Below, in pieces: positions 15,375 through 27,260 of a stretch of DNA of 64,000 nt. The translations under genes and the position numbers were made by a program. The notes beneath the pieces were generated by a model. It worked only from the letters and a program-made list of their open reading frames with translations. It searched no databases and was not told the DNA's origin. Every line of letters begins with the position of its first letter. Within the stretch, counting starts at the first letter, position 1. The stretch is from Oikopleura dioica (taxonomy: Eukaryota; Animalia; Chordata), in contig OU015569.1 of NCBI GenBank assembly GCA_907165135.1, positions 6,200,001-6,264,000 on the forward strand, given 5' to 3'.

Positions 15375-17924
15375 TTACCAAAGAAGAGCAAATAGGGCGA
15401 GGAGGGCAGAGCTAAGAATAGTAGTGGTGGCATGATTACTTCCGTCATTCTTTGGCGGGCATTTGCCAGCGGCGCATGGCATCCACTTGCTCGGGCTGCT
15501 TGGGAAGTCTTTATGATAATCTTTGTTAGCTTCGTCAAGGTACGCAATGAGAGGCTCGAAATATTTCTTGAGGGAGTCGGCTGACATTTTCTTGATTCCT
15601 ACTGATTCAAGGATAGTGTTGGCGTCCACTGAGTTTCCTGGTTCCAAAATTTGTCTAAAATTTGTTAGATCTCATCAATTTAATTCAGTGGGACTCACTT
15701 GAGAAGGTCACCAGCTTCTTTGCTGTCGGCAAAAGTGCATTTGTAGAGTTCTTCATTCCATCCAGCAGCCTCACACATCTTCTCGTAAAATTGGAACTGG
15801 AGAATGTGGGAGACGAAATATCGGATGTAAGGAGTGTTGTTAGGAATGTGGAATTTGGCAGCAGCATCGAAGTTCTCACCGTCATCCCGTTCTACTGGAG
15901 GGACGATTCCCTTAATTAATTTACATAATATTAATTAATACAGTTTTATTTACCTGGTACTGGTTTCGAAGTTCGGTCCAGCTCTTCTGGTAGTCAGCTG
16001 GCTTAGTTTCACCACTAAATACCTTCCATCGCCAAAGATCAGTGACGTAGCCAAAGGGAAGGAAACCAATCTTAGTCAAAGCGGTCTGCATCAAGTAGTT
16101 GAGGTCTGCTTCTTTGGATTCTTCGTAGCCAGATAAGAGTCCGACTGAAAACCGTAAACCGAAGATTTATAAATAAGTTCATACCATTTGTGAGATGGGC
16201 AGGAGTGTTCACGGAGAGAGCGATTGTATCACCGATAGCTTCGTGAAAGCCTGGATTGGCACCGTTTCGGAATACGATGGGCTGAGCGGCATAGTTCTGG
16301 TAATATTGAATATGACCCATTTCGTGGTGGACCGTAACGAAGTCAGAGTGAGTCTTGACGGTGCACTGCTTGATTCGGTAGTCACCCTCGGCCTCAACTG
16401 CGCTCATCGCATCACCGACAAAAAAGTCCCATGCTGAAGCATGACAGACCATATTGTCTTGTTTCTCAATTACAGATTCATTCCAGAAAGTCTGAGTCAT
16501 AGCGGGGAGTCCGAGGCCTTGGAAAAATTCATCTGCCATTTCGAACATTTGTTTTTCAGTCTTTCCTGAAAGCGCATCAGTGGCATCTGGTCGTTCACCT
16601 GCTTCTGGGTGTGGGACAACAAAGGGGTAAAGAGCACTCCAGTCCTGAGCCCACATGTTTCCGAAGATGTGTGCTGGCATAGGTTCTTTTGCGGCAACAC
16701 GTTCTTCACCATAATGAGCGTTCATGCGACCTCGGACGTAGACGAAAAGTTTCTCGTAAATTTCGCTGACTTCGCCCCAGAGCGATTCCATATTTGCTTC
16801 GAAATCGTCATCTTCATACCAAGATCTCCAGTAAGCACCAGTATCAGGGTGATCCATATCACTCGATACAACACCTTTGTTGCTTAGCTCAACAAATTGC
16901 TCGTAGCTAGCTTTTTGCTCGTTAGCAGTATTGTGCCATCCTTCCCAAAGATGTCGCATCTGCTCATAGTTATCATCGGATCCTTTGCCTGCATCAACAT
17001 ACATAATTTCTTCGATTTGGCTGAGATCGACTTCATCACCACTGTAGTCATTTTCGATTAAAACCTTCGCAGTTGAGTAGTGAGCCTGCATCTGTTGAAG
17101 AAGACCATTGTATGTTTTGAATTCTTCAGATTCAAGAGCAGCTGGCCCAACATTGAGAATCATGTCTAAAGCTCGTTCTTGAAGGAGCTCATTTTTCCAA
17201 ATTGACTCTTCATTTGGATCGGCGTGGATGTCATATCCTTTGTCAGTCTTAAAATGTGCCTTTCCACAGCTTCCAGTTTGAGTGGCCCATCGAGCGAGTT
17301 CAGCGTCAACTCGCCCAGCCTCAGCAGCATTATCATCGCTGATGTCGATATTGTTCGCCCAGTTCGCATTTGCAGAAGCTGTATAAAGTGGCTGCATGTG
17401 GACCATCCAGCTGTTAAGGAATTCGTAAGATTCTTTAACAACACATGGACCTCCAGCATTCATTCCGTTGCAAAGATCTTCTTCACAGTGCATCGAGCAA
17501 ATCTCACTATCGTTTTCAATCGTAATCTCATCTCCATTCTCGTCAGTAACGGTATCTCCTGCCTTGTAGTAGATGCATCCTTGACTGACCTCTTCGGTAT
17601 TATTTACGCATCCTCGTGTAATGATCTCGACTGAGAGCAAATTTAATTAATTATCAAAACGAAGGTAAACTTACGTGATCCATCAGAATAATTCTCCGAA
17701 AAGGCAATAACATCGGTGCCAAAGCACCCGATGTCGCTCTCGCAAGTTACAGGATTATCATTTTCGCTTATAGTTCCACAAGGGTTGACATCGTTGATTG
17801 TCTGATCAGAACATTCGTAGCATTGAAATGCTGTAACAGCCGAAGCTGACGTTGCAGCAACAAACTATAAATTTCGTTAGTCTCTCTGAATATTGAAAAA
17901 ACTAATGTAACTTACTAGCTTCAT
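15375..17924 (-). CDS. ACE: ACE-like peptidase (M2 family, single domain) with N-terminal Ly6/uPAR-like Cys domain and GPI-type C-terminus
   Basis: Signal peptide MKLFVAATSASAVTA; 10-Cys module FQCYEC...CSMHCEEDLCN; M2 motifs HIFGNMWAQDW, CHASAWDF, HHEMGHIQYY, GANPGFHEAIGD, AKFHIP, PYIRYF; hydrophobic terminal stretch ILSSALLALFALLW with no cytoplasmic tail. Confidence 0.92.
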
Positions 17925-18665
17925 GTTCGCAAGTGAAATTCACCCGGTAACATTTCTGTTATATAGTTCCCTGCTATAAAGCTCAACTGTTGGTAAATGG
18001 CAGACGTCGCTATAGCAAGAATGACTGGTATCGTCAGCCGTAAATGTTAATTTTAACTGCAGAGAATCTTGACGCACTTTTGCAAACATTCACCAAGAAT
18101 TTTTGGAAGCAGAACTTTGATAACTTTGGTATGTGGATTGAGGAAAGATCTGTATAGTGTAATCGTTACAAATTTATATAATCGTGTTGCTTGGAAACGG
18201 ACAGTGTCCTTGTTGCTATCACAACAATTAAGATATCATGAATGACGAGAGTAACAAGAGTTGCAAGTTATGGCGAGCGAGCAAATGGAAAGCCAACTTC
18301 GATCCGCTTCTTGTAGGAAAGATACCACGAACATATTTGCCAAGAAGAAGATGTTTTGGTATCCATATCAGGCGAACGAAGACCTGTGTCCATTTTCAAG
18401 TCCGAACAAGCTGTCGAATATTTTTATTGCTGCACATGTAAATTGAAGTTCAAAGATTTAAGGAAATGAATTCATTGATCTCGGATCGACATTATCATTT
18501 ATAGTTTAGAATCTTAACTTTAGATCGGAGTATGAATTCATTTTGCAGAGATTTTTACAGAGATTAATCTGCAAGACCCTTATTATTCTAAACGAGAGGA
18601 AAATTATTATCTCGTCGTAAAATTGAGTATTTCTCTTTCATTCTCATTTAATCAAAAGAGTCTTA

Positions 18666-19004
18666 AGGACCCCCCGTCAACAATTTTCGAAAAATCTATT
18701 TTCGGAATTTCGAAATTTTGACCCCGGAAATGGATTCTACAGGTCAAAAAACGATTTTGAGGCTACATTTTTTGGGGGTCTATCTCGACTCTAACACCCT
18801 CAAAATCGCGTTTGAAAATCAGACTTTTTGACGAAAAATGACGAAAAAGTCCCAATTTTGCTAAAATTTCAGATTTTTCTTGGTCAAAAAGTACTCCGAA
18901 CAAGTTTTTATGATAAATTGAAATTCCAGGAACGCTAAGAAGCCAAAATATGGCAATTTTGGAATTTTCGATTTTTTGAGGAAAATTGTTGACGGGGGGG
19001 TCCT
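18666..19004. mobile_element. 339-bp MITE, PIF/Harbinger (Tourist)-like
   Basis: TIRs AGGACCCCCCGTCAACAATTTTC / GAAAATTGTTGACGGGGGGGTCCT (one extra G), flanked by a TTA target-site duplication (18663-18665, 19005-19007). No coding capacity. Confidence 0.85.
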
Positions 19005-19591
19005 TTAATTAATCTCTGAATACGCATGCAGCGGAGAATCTCACCCGAAGCCAGAGTAGAGCAACATCGACCTTGACAGCTTCAAATGATGTCAAATGAT
19101 GTGTTTCCCTGTCAAAAAAGCAAAACTTTGATTTCTTGAATAAACAATTTTTCTTAAATTCGTTTCAATTATCTTTTTATACCGATAAAACTCGCTTGAA
19201 GATGTACCCTGTATCTGCTGAACTATCTTCTGAGAGATTTACGTCCCTTGGCAGCGTACCAAACAGCCCCGTTCTGAGTGATAAGATTCTAGTTATCTTT
19301 TGATCCTCTCTTGTGAGCTCATTCTTGTGCCCAGAGAAATCACAACTCACGGTATGTTCAGAACTTCAGATTTCTTCATCGTTGGCAATGGTGCTTCTCA
19401 AATTTAATGACAGTCCTTTCCAAGTGGACAGATCCTATGTAATGACCTTTTGCTTTATACAGTTTAGGGCTTTCATCGTTTTATTAAATATTTGAATTTG
19501 TTAATCAAAATTTTTTCAATTATTTGATACTATAAATCTCGTAGAAATAATAAAAACATTACAATTCCAGATTTATTAAATTATAAATAAG

Positions 19592-20118
19592 ATGCTTGGA
19601 ACAGGTGGCTGGGACATTTATGTTTCTGGAGTGAACGGTTTCGTGGGAAAAGATGGCGTCACAAAGGTATGTTCTGCGTTTCGTTCGGTCGCCAATACTA
19701 ATGGCTGGCTAGGGCGGCCTCTTTGATGCAAATACTGGAAATCCATGGTGCCAACAAGATTGTTCCAGACTGCACCCAGCTGAAGTCACCAAAATGATTA
19801 AAGCTCTCGAAGCTGGCAAGCTTGACGAGCCAATTACATGTTCCAAGGTCAAGTTCAGCATCGTCGCAATCGAAAAAGACAACACTCTGATGCATGCACT
19901 AGGCCCTAAGAACGTTCCTATGGTTATGAAAATGGTAGGATTTGACAAAGTCATAGTTAACTAATGACTGCTTGCAAGACTGAAGGAAAACGTGCGATTG
20001 TAATCGGTTTTGGCGATGAAAATTCGAATCACGGGTCAATGACGGCGGCAGTAGGTAATAAAATATGCAAATACTAACTTTCCATGCACGAGATGAATAT
20101 CATAAACCACCACCATAG
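19592..20118 (+). CDS. Divergent profilin (not in the ORF track)
   Basis: TAAG|ATG start. Exons MLGTGGWDIYVSGVNGFVGKDGVTK | (46-nt GT-AG intron 19667-19712) GGLFDANTGNPWCQQDCSRLHPAEVTKMIKALEAGKLDEPITCSKVKFSIVAIEKDNTLMHALGPKNVPMVMKM | TEGKRAIVIGFGDENSNHGSMTAAV... The WxxY and later W match profilin poly-proline-binding residues. The last exon is uncertain. Confidence 0.7.
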
Positions 20119-20425
20119 CTATGCAAATGATAAGCCCGTAAAAGTTTCCGAATGAATTTAATGTTTCTTTATGAGTAGCAAGGGAACCGTAAGATGTCGT
20201 GCCAATAAAGCGAGATCTTTACTTTTGTTCTAGAACGCACGGTGGCGTACCTCAATCCAGCTGGTTATTAATCACTCGAGAAAATAGCAGATTTATGACT
20301 CTGTTTTTGCAAAATAAAGACGAACTGTATTTATATTGGTGAAGTTTTTACTGTACAAAAGGTTGCAGGCTTTATCAGTTTGAAATTTCAAGAGGTGAAA
20401 ACGTGGTTTGATTTGGACAGCGTCA

Positions 20426-22642
20426 CTAGCCGATGTCCTGAACGTGGACATCCATCTCAATTTGAGTCAACTGTTTTTGTTTTTTGGCAATTCTAGCGCG
20501 TAGCTTTTCTTCTTCTTCTAAGTGGCCGTAGAGTTTCTGCCAACGAGACTGAAGATTCAGGCGCCTTACTAGATTTTTTCTGTTTCGCGTTAGTTGCTGA
20601 TTTATTTGTACCTGAGTGTGCAACCGCTACAATCTCAAAGACAATGACAACCCAGATGAGTACCCAAAGTCCTGCTAAGGTGGCTGTATTGTCGGAAGTC
20701 CAACGAGCCATCTTTTTCACACAGCCAACTTCATAAGCTTCTGTCATGTCACACTCGAGCCCACTTGGACAGCAAGAGCTCGGTGGCGCACACTTATTGA
20801 GATGGATCTCTTTCGCATCGCAAAAACCGAGACTTTGAACGGCGTAGTCTGCGCGTGAAAGCACTCCACAGCAGCGAAAGTAGCTTTCGACAGTTTCAAG
20901 TGCGAAAAAACTTGAACCCGTATTTGACACTCTCATTTTGATGAAATGAAAGTACAACTGCTTTATTTTGTCCTGATAAGGATGATCAAAGATCAGTACA
21001 GAAAACAAACTATCGAAGTATATTTATTTGTGATCAACCTTTTCCTGAATGGTTTCCGCCATAGCCCACACAATTATTCCTCCGATGAAGATGCAGAGAA
21101 AAATTGCTGTCAACATCCATCCAAAGAATCGCATCATTATAACATTGCCCCGGAAGAACCCGAAGCCACCATTGAAAGAAACGACTATGGAAATCAATGC
21201 AGCCACGAGAAGAATAAATGAAGGATCCGTGATGACATTTTCTGTTTTCATCTTGGCAGTATGGAATTTGATTTGACCCATGACGCCTAGAACAAGCAGG
21301 ACAACTCCGCAAATCATCGCTAGAAAGTTGAAAGCGGTAACGACGAATCTGAAGAAAGCGACACAACAACCAGGATTTCGATAGCTCTGCTTGATATGAA
21401 TCTCTTTTTTCATCTTCTTTAGTGCACTTTTTGAGTCCTCTTCTGCTTTTGCCTGCATGGTTTCGGCAGAAATAAGTCTTTTTTGGGAGTTCATCGTCAT
21501 GGTTCGAGTTAGCTTTGAAATGTCGAATTCACCAGATGCAGGTTCTGCGCCAGGAAAAACATCCGGAAGACTGAGGTCGACTTTCTCCTGAACAAAATTT
21601 AGAATCTCATTGAAATTTTCTTAAACTTACCGTTTCGTCATTCAAAACTTGCTCATCAAACTGAACGTTACTGATAACGACTTCTACGACTTCAGGCTCT
21701 TCCTTTTCAACGATAACGTCATCGTGGACTTGAATTTGTCGTTCCACACTTAGCTTAGGCTTTGTTACTTCAATGATTGGAAGAACAACTTCTTCTTCTT
21801 CTTGCTCTTGATTAGAAGAAACTGCTCGTCCAAGAACTTCTTGTGTAGCTGCCTTGTTTGCCGCCTGGGCCATTGCGTTTGTTGCCATTTGACGGAGAGC
21901 AGCCATCACTTCTTCATTGGACATGCTAACAAATATTGTCAAGCCATGAAATCCAGGTTCAAAGAGTAGAAAAATGTGATGAAAATATAAAAAACTTACT
22001 CTCCATAGTCCTCTTCATTCAGCATAACATTAAAAGGACTGTTGTTAATCTGCTCAGCGTCAATTTCAGGTTTCTGTTCTGGCGCGGATTGTCTTCCAAG
22101 AGTTCGAACTGGAAGGGCGCTTTGAATCTCGATAGATCTAAGGTCACTGTTAATTTTTGATTTCAAGTTATTCATTGTACCTGTTAAGGTGTTCTCTTTG
22201 TGCCCCCTCAGACATAATTGCTTGAGGGTCGACAATCTCTATAGAACGAGCTCGAACAGAACTTGCTTCTTCTGACTGGTTATCATTTTTATTTTGAACT
22301 GGAGGAGGATTCTTTTTCTCTATGTTCGAAACTGTTGACTTGACAGACGGTCCTCGTGCAGAAACATCTTCGATTGCGCTCTGGAAATCAGAGAATTCAG
22401 ATATTGAAAGACCTGGCTCGTCTGGGCTCAACGGACCGGAGATACTTGCGCAAGATTTAGAATTACAGGTAATGAGTGCTTATGATCTACTAAGTTTCTT
22501 TAATCTTAATCGCACCTAAATATGGATCATCTTTTCATCGTTGTATGAACGGACTTGATTCTAAACCCATGTGCCTAGTGATCGTCGGCACTTCCGACAT
22601 GGTGTTTGCCGCTTTCGAGACATTGTCGGATATCTCGCTCAT
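20426..22642 (-). CDS. Tetraspanin with ~300-aa acidic N-terminal extension
   Basis: Four hydrophobic segments, the CCG motif (FRCCGV), PSSCC and GC in the large loop. In-frame splice junctions (ACG|GAG at ~21630/21590; GA|C at ~22010/21928) link upstream E/S/V-rich exons. The ATG at 22642 follows an AG. Confidence 0.85.
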
Positions 22643-24860
22643 CTTTTATCGTATTAAGACATTAGGATTCTCTTCATTATGTGTAGTACTTTTGCGCTAG
22701 CACCTCCTGGAGCGCACGCCTACACAATTCTTCAGCGCATCGGCGGTGGAGGTGCAGCCAATTGACGCAGAAAACGCGGTCTTCGAGGAGAAATAAAGCG
22801 CACTTTCTTGTTTACACACTGATTTGAAATTACGGTTTCTCCGACCGTGGAGCAGACTTCTAACATAAGCCTTTGTTTATCTGAACTCCTCCCTGAGTTT
22901 TGCTTCGATTTCTTGCCTCGACAAGTTCCGCGATGTGGAGACTTTTAAACGTGTCTTCATCACTAAGTCATCAGTTTAGAAATTTTATCTTCATCTTTGA
23001 TTGTATTAATTTACTGAAGTCAACTTTTTATATGAATCGGCTAAAAATGAGCATTTTGGATTGAACTTTTTTCGGGTACCAAGATTAATAGTTAATCATT
23101 AACTGGATTGGGTGTAACTCGTATTATCGGATAAACAACTAAATTGTTCTGATAAAAATTTGTTTCAGTAAAACTATTATTTAGTATAATAGCTTCTTAT
23201 GTATTGCAGTATAAACACCAACTGAGGATGCTCCACATAACGTGCCAAATCTGATAGTGACGTAATCTAAGGTAAAAAATAGTTTCGAGTTTTCAATTCA
23301 ACTTCGAAAGTAAAGGTTTCTCTTTTATTTATCGAAGGGTACCTCGAGGAATAGCTTGAACTCTCTGTGAATGAGCTGCTCATATTCTCTGAGTGGCATG
23401 AAAAAACGCCGCGGTGAAAAATTTTGAATATGCAAAAAACTTACCAGGACTTCAAAAACTTTAACATGATTTGGCATGCAATGAGCAGCGCCGGGATTCC
23501 AGACTGTGACAGAAAGATAGCAAAGCTGAGAAAAAGTGAGTTGACCCGGACGTTACATCCCCGGAATGATTCAATCAGCTTCTCCGTTCTCACAGGTCCC
23601 TAACTGCGCCACATTGTCCAGTTCCATTTGACATCGTTTTAAAATAACTTTGAAAGTATTCCTTTATTTAACTTTATTTTTAGCCCGCTATTTTTTCAAA
23701 AACACTGTTTTAAATTTGTGAATAAGCATATGTGACATATCACATGTCTCAGAGTTTAATTTAATTTGCTCAGGGTTTTAAGTTAACTCCTTAATTCTAA
23801 GAAGGAACTAGAATCCCTGCTTGTTTGTATGCAAACGAAGGTAGTACCGTTCTAATCTTTTGGTTCCAAAAGATTGACTCAAGATTTCCTAAGTCAAGCC
23901 AGCATTAGATAGTGGTTAAGTATATCGCGTGTGCCTCTAATCAGACCTCAAAATGGAATTTTTATGTCAGCTATCGGGAATTTCTTAAAGTTTTAGATAA
24001 TAGCCTTCCTTATCTTTGTCAAATATCGTTTCGTGCAAAATTTTGTGTGTTATATTTTGCACTTTTCAGTTAAAAATATATATTTTCAAGCAGATGTCTA
24101 ACAGTACTCTAAAGTATTCAATCTTGATTTTTGGTAAGCCTGATCTATCCTCTATTTTTCATAACTTGTAAATTGCGTCAATACAAAAACTACGTACAGG
24201 CGATGTGGAAGTATGTCAAAGTGTCACTGCATGCTTGGAATGTGAGGATACATCCTTAACCGCAACGGGAGAGCGCGACGCTTAGGATCCTTGGTAAAGA
24301 GCAGCTTCTTCGAGTAAAAGCCCTCCGGGTTTTATAATACTCGAACGCAAGGAGTGCAGTCGGGGAAGCAGTCCCTCATCAATCGGTGCACTAAAAGCTT
24401 AATCTCACGTTCGCTTGGATTTATTAGAGAGCTTGAAGATCCCTGCAGAGAATGAGAATCGCCTATCAAATTGCTGCTGTTTCAGCGTGTTTCTCGAAGA
24501 TCAATAAAAAAGGAACTGTTCAAATATAAAAAAAAACTTTTCATAGTCATTATCTTACCACTAATATTACTTTCGGAGTGTTTATCATAACTACAGCAGT
24601 AAATCCAACTCGCGAATGATTATTTTTACTCGCATAAATCGCCATTAAAATAGACCTTCTTTATTGATGAAACGTGTAGCTGTCATGCTTTACAGCTAAA
24701 AACTTTCTCCATTCTTTTGTCAGTCAGTGTAGCATTTTATCAGCTAATTTGATCTAAAAACTCATCATTCGGAAGTCTTGTTAACATTTTTTGCACACAT
24801 ATTTTAGAAGACGAGGCTTGACTCTATTTATAACAAATTTTAAAATATTTAAACCTTGCA

Positions 24861-25790
24861 AGAAGAAAAGAGCGAGGCCGTTCCTGTTGTTCCGGCACCG
24901 GTGTTCACACCTGAAGGTATCAATCAGCCCGTAGCTCCAGCTCAACAAGGGAATTACTTTCCAACTTACGACTCCTCGTTACCGTATTATAACACGTACC
25001 AGCCGCAAGGCGCTCCCTCCAATTACCCGCAGCAGAAGTCCAACCAAGTTACACAACCACAATCTCACAACTATCAGCAACCAAGTGCTCAGTTTACAGT
25101 TCAACGCGCAAATACTCAAAGAATAGGATTCATTTTTGTAGCGTCGATTAAACGTATCGGTTCGTAACGGCTTTGTTATCCTTGGAAAAGACAATTTTTA
25201 TCTCAAAATCAACGACCTCAAACCACACAGACTCGATTTCCAAATCAGAATGTGCACAAAAATCAAGGACGAAGTCAATTGCAGGGGATGCGAGGAGCAA
25301 ATCTGAAATCTGCAGCAGCTGGTCCGCGAAAGCAAAATAATGGAGCGCGTTCAAAATACAGACCAGTAAAGCAATACGCAGGAAAAATCAATGATTTAGA
25401 CGGAAAAAACATTCCCGGATGCGGAGGAACTAAATGCAGATCTTCGTACATTTTAGAAGGCGCTCTGATGCCGCTTGATTTCAACGATCAGCGTTGCGTT
25501 CCCTACTTCCGGTAATTTCGAAACGAAAAAATGAAGATAAAGCCTTGAATGTTGTTTTATCAAAGTCCTTTTTAGAGATCGAATTGACGCTAAAAACGTT
25601 TGTAACTCATACGCAGCTTGCAAAGGAGTCGTTCAGGTTTTCGACTTTTACAAAATCACTTCCTAAAGGTCAATTTAAGAGCTCTAGCGGTGGAAACTAC
25701 TTTGAGCTTCGCGGTGGCAAAGCATGCCCAAAACTGAAAGAGGATCCTTGGAATAAGCCGTATGGGAATGAATACTCTCATGGAAAATAA
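24861..25790 (+). CDS. Hypothetical protein: Q/P/Y-rich low-complexity part plus small Cys-rich module (first exon not found)
   Basis: Exons chain to ...GCGGTKCRSSY...DQRCVPYFR|DRIDAKNVCNSYAACKGVVQ|SSSGGNYFELRGGKACPKLKEDPW...HGK-stop via GT-AG introns. Confidence 0.55.
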
Positions 25791-25871
25791 CTCCATTGTA
25801 TTTCATTTTATGATTGTATATTTTAAGAACTGTGGAAAAGAATAAAAAATAGTTTCTGGGTTGTGTCTTAT

Positions 25872-26736
25872 TCAAGCTTGGTTTTCGACAGTCTTCTTGA
25901 AGTGATCGCGAAGGATATTTCGCCATCTACAGAAATTAACATTCGTTGGAAAGGAACTAAAATAATTACCTCTCCATGCGCTTGACTTGATATTCGAACA
26001 GTCGCTGCCCATGGCATTCCGAGATGTAGCGTTCTGTCCACTTCCGGAAGCCAGTGGTGATCTGTTGTATACCTTTATAAAAGTTTTATAATTAAACCTC
26101 ATATTCTCAATTATGAAAATACTAATTTCTTATTAAAATAAAAAATAAGCGTAAAACTCTTTCCTGTAGCGGGATTTTCGCGATCATAACGACCCTGGAA
26201 AGGACTTTCCGACAAGCCAATTTGAAAGAACATCCGCTGTAGATCTTCAAAGTCACTATTCTCAGTGTTTCTTCGATCACGACGCTTTCTCGGATTTGGA
26301 TTCGGTCCCCCATGCGGAATTGTTGGATCAAAGAAGCCGCAAGTACTTCGGTTGAAGGCTTTTAGCATTCTCCCTGCATTTTTGTCGAATTTTCGAATCC
26401 ATGCATCCTTTGAAGGCTATATTTTGCTAAAGATTGACTTCAAATAATCAGTTTCACTACACAATTAAAATTCCGATTAAGCTACTACAGTTTTTTCTTA
26501 GCCGCAAGAGTTTATCATCAAGATAAGACCCTTAGCAATTCACTCAAATTTCTCTCCATCCATTCTTTTGAAAAGCGAACAAGCGATTCCAAGCGCTGTG
26601 GTGGAGTCTTCGGCGCAACAACTCTAGATTCAAGTGTCTCGTCTTCGTTGTTGGCAATAGCAGTTGGTGGCCGCGCACCGAAAAACAACTGCGCGTTTCC
26701 ACCGCTCAACGCAAAAAGTCCTTTCAAAATTTTCAT
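25872..26736 (-). CDS. Small putatively secreted protein (CGFFDP-HGGP / ITTGFRKW-ERY motif)
   Basis: MKILKGLFALSGGNAQ start; exons ...PPQRLESLVRFSKEW... | MLKAFNRSTCGFFDPTIPHGGPNPNPRKRR...RYDRENPATG | IQQITTGFRKWTERYISECHGQRLFEYQVKRMER | WRNILRDHFKKTVENQA-stop. The last two junctions were checked in frame across GT-AG introns. Confidence 0.75.
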
Positions 26737-27260
26737 TTTTATCAATTGATAACTGTTAGAGAAGAAGAAAACTATAAAGAACTCGAGGGCGCTCTTGGAC
26801 ACGTCAGAACGATTTCAACCCCGTCGACATGGCCAACGTCATTTGCGGAAATTAAAAAGTCATCTGAATGCAAAACGAACTTGGACTTAATTAGAGTCAT
26901 TCAATATGCAAATTTGAAAGACTCGCTTTGCTCTCGAACGTCTGGCAGGCCACGACTCTTTTGGAGGCTGAAGAAATCAAACTGATACTTCTTTTTCGGA
27001 AGAACAAGTTATAGCGACTTCTCTATAAATCAACGATACTGAACATCTCCCTACCACTAATTGGCTCTCTCATCAAGCTTATCTCGACAAAATTGAACTG
27101 CAACTTACTCGCAAGAATACCGCATAGTAATCCCAACATATTCAAACAATATTTTGTATAAATTTTATACTATAAAAGAACGGAGCATTAGAAAATATAA
27201 TGTATTTTATCATCAGGTATAAAAATAAATCTCATCGTTGCTTTCAAACAGTGCATATTC

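Noticed and set aside
19698-19954. Minus-strand Cys-containing ORFs
   Set aside because: They are antisense to the profilin exon 2, which has proper splice sites and a family match.
24096-24105. TGTCTAACAG resembling the 3' end of the Oikopleura spliced leader
   Set aside because: Only 10 nt match, it is not followed by a GT donor, and the rest of the SL exon is absent.
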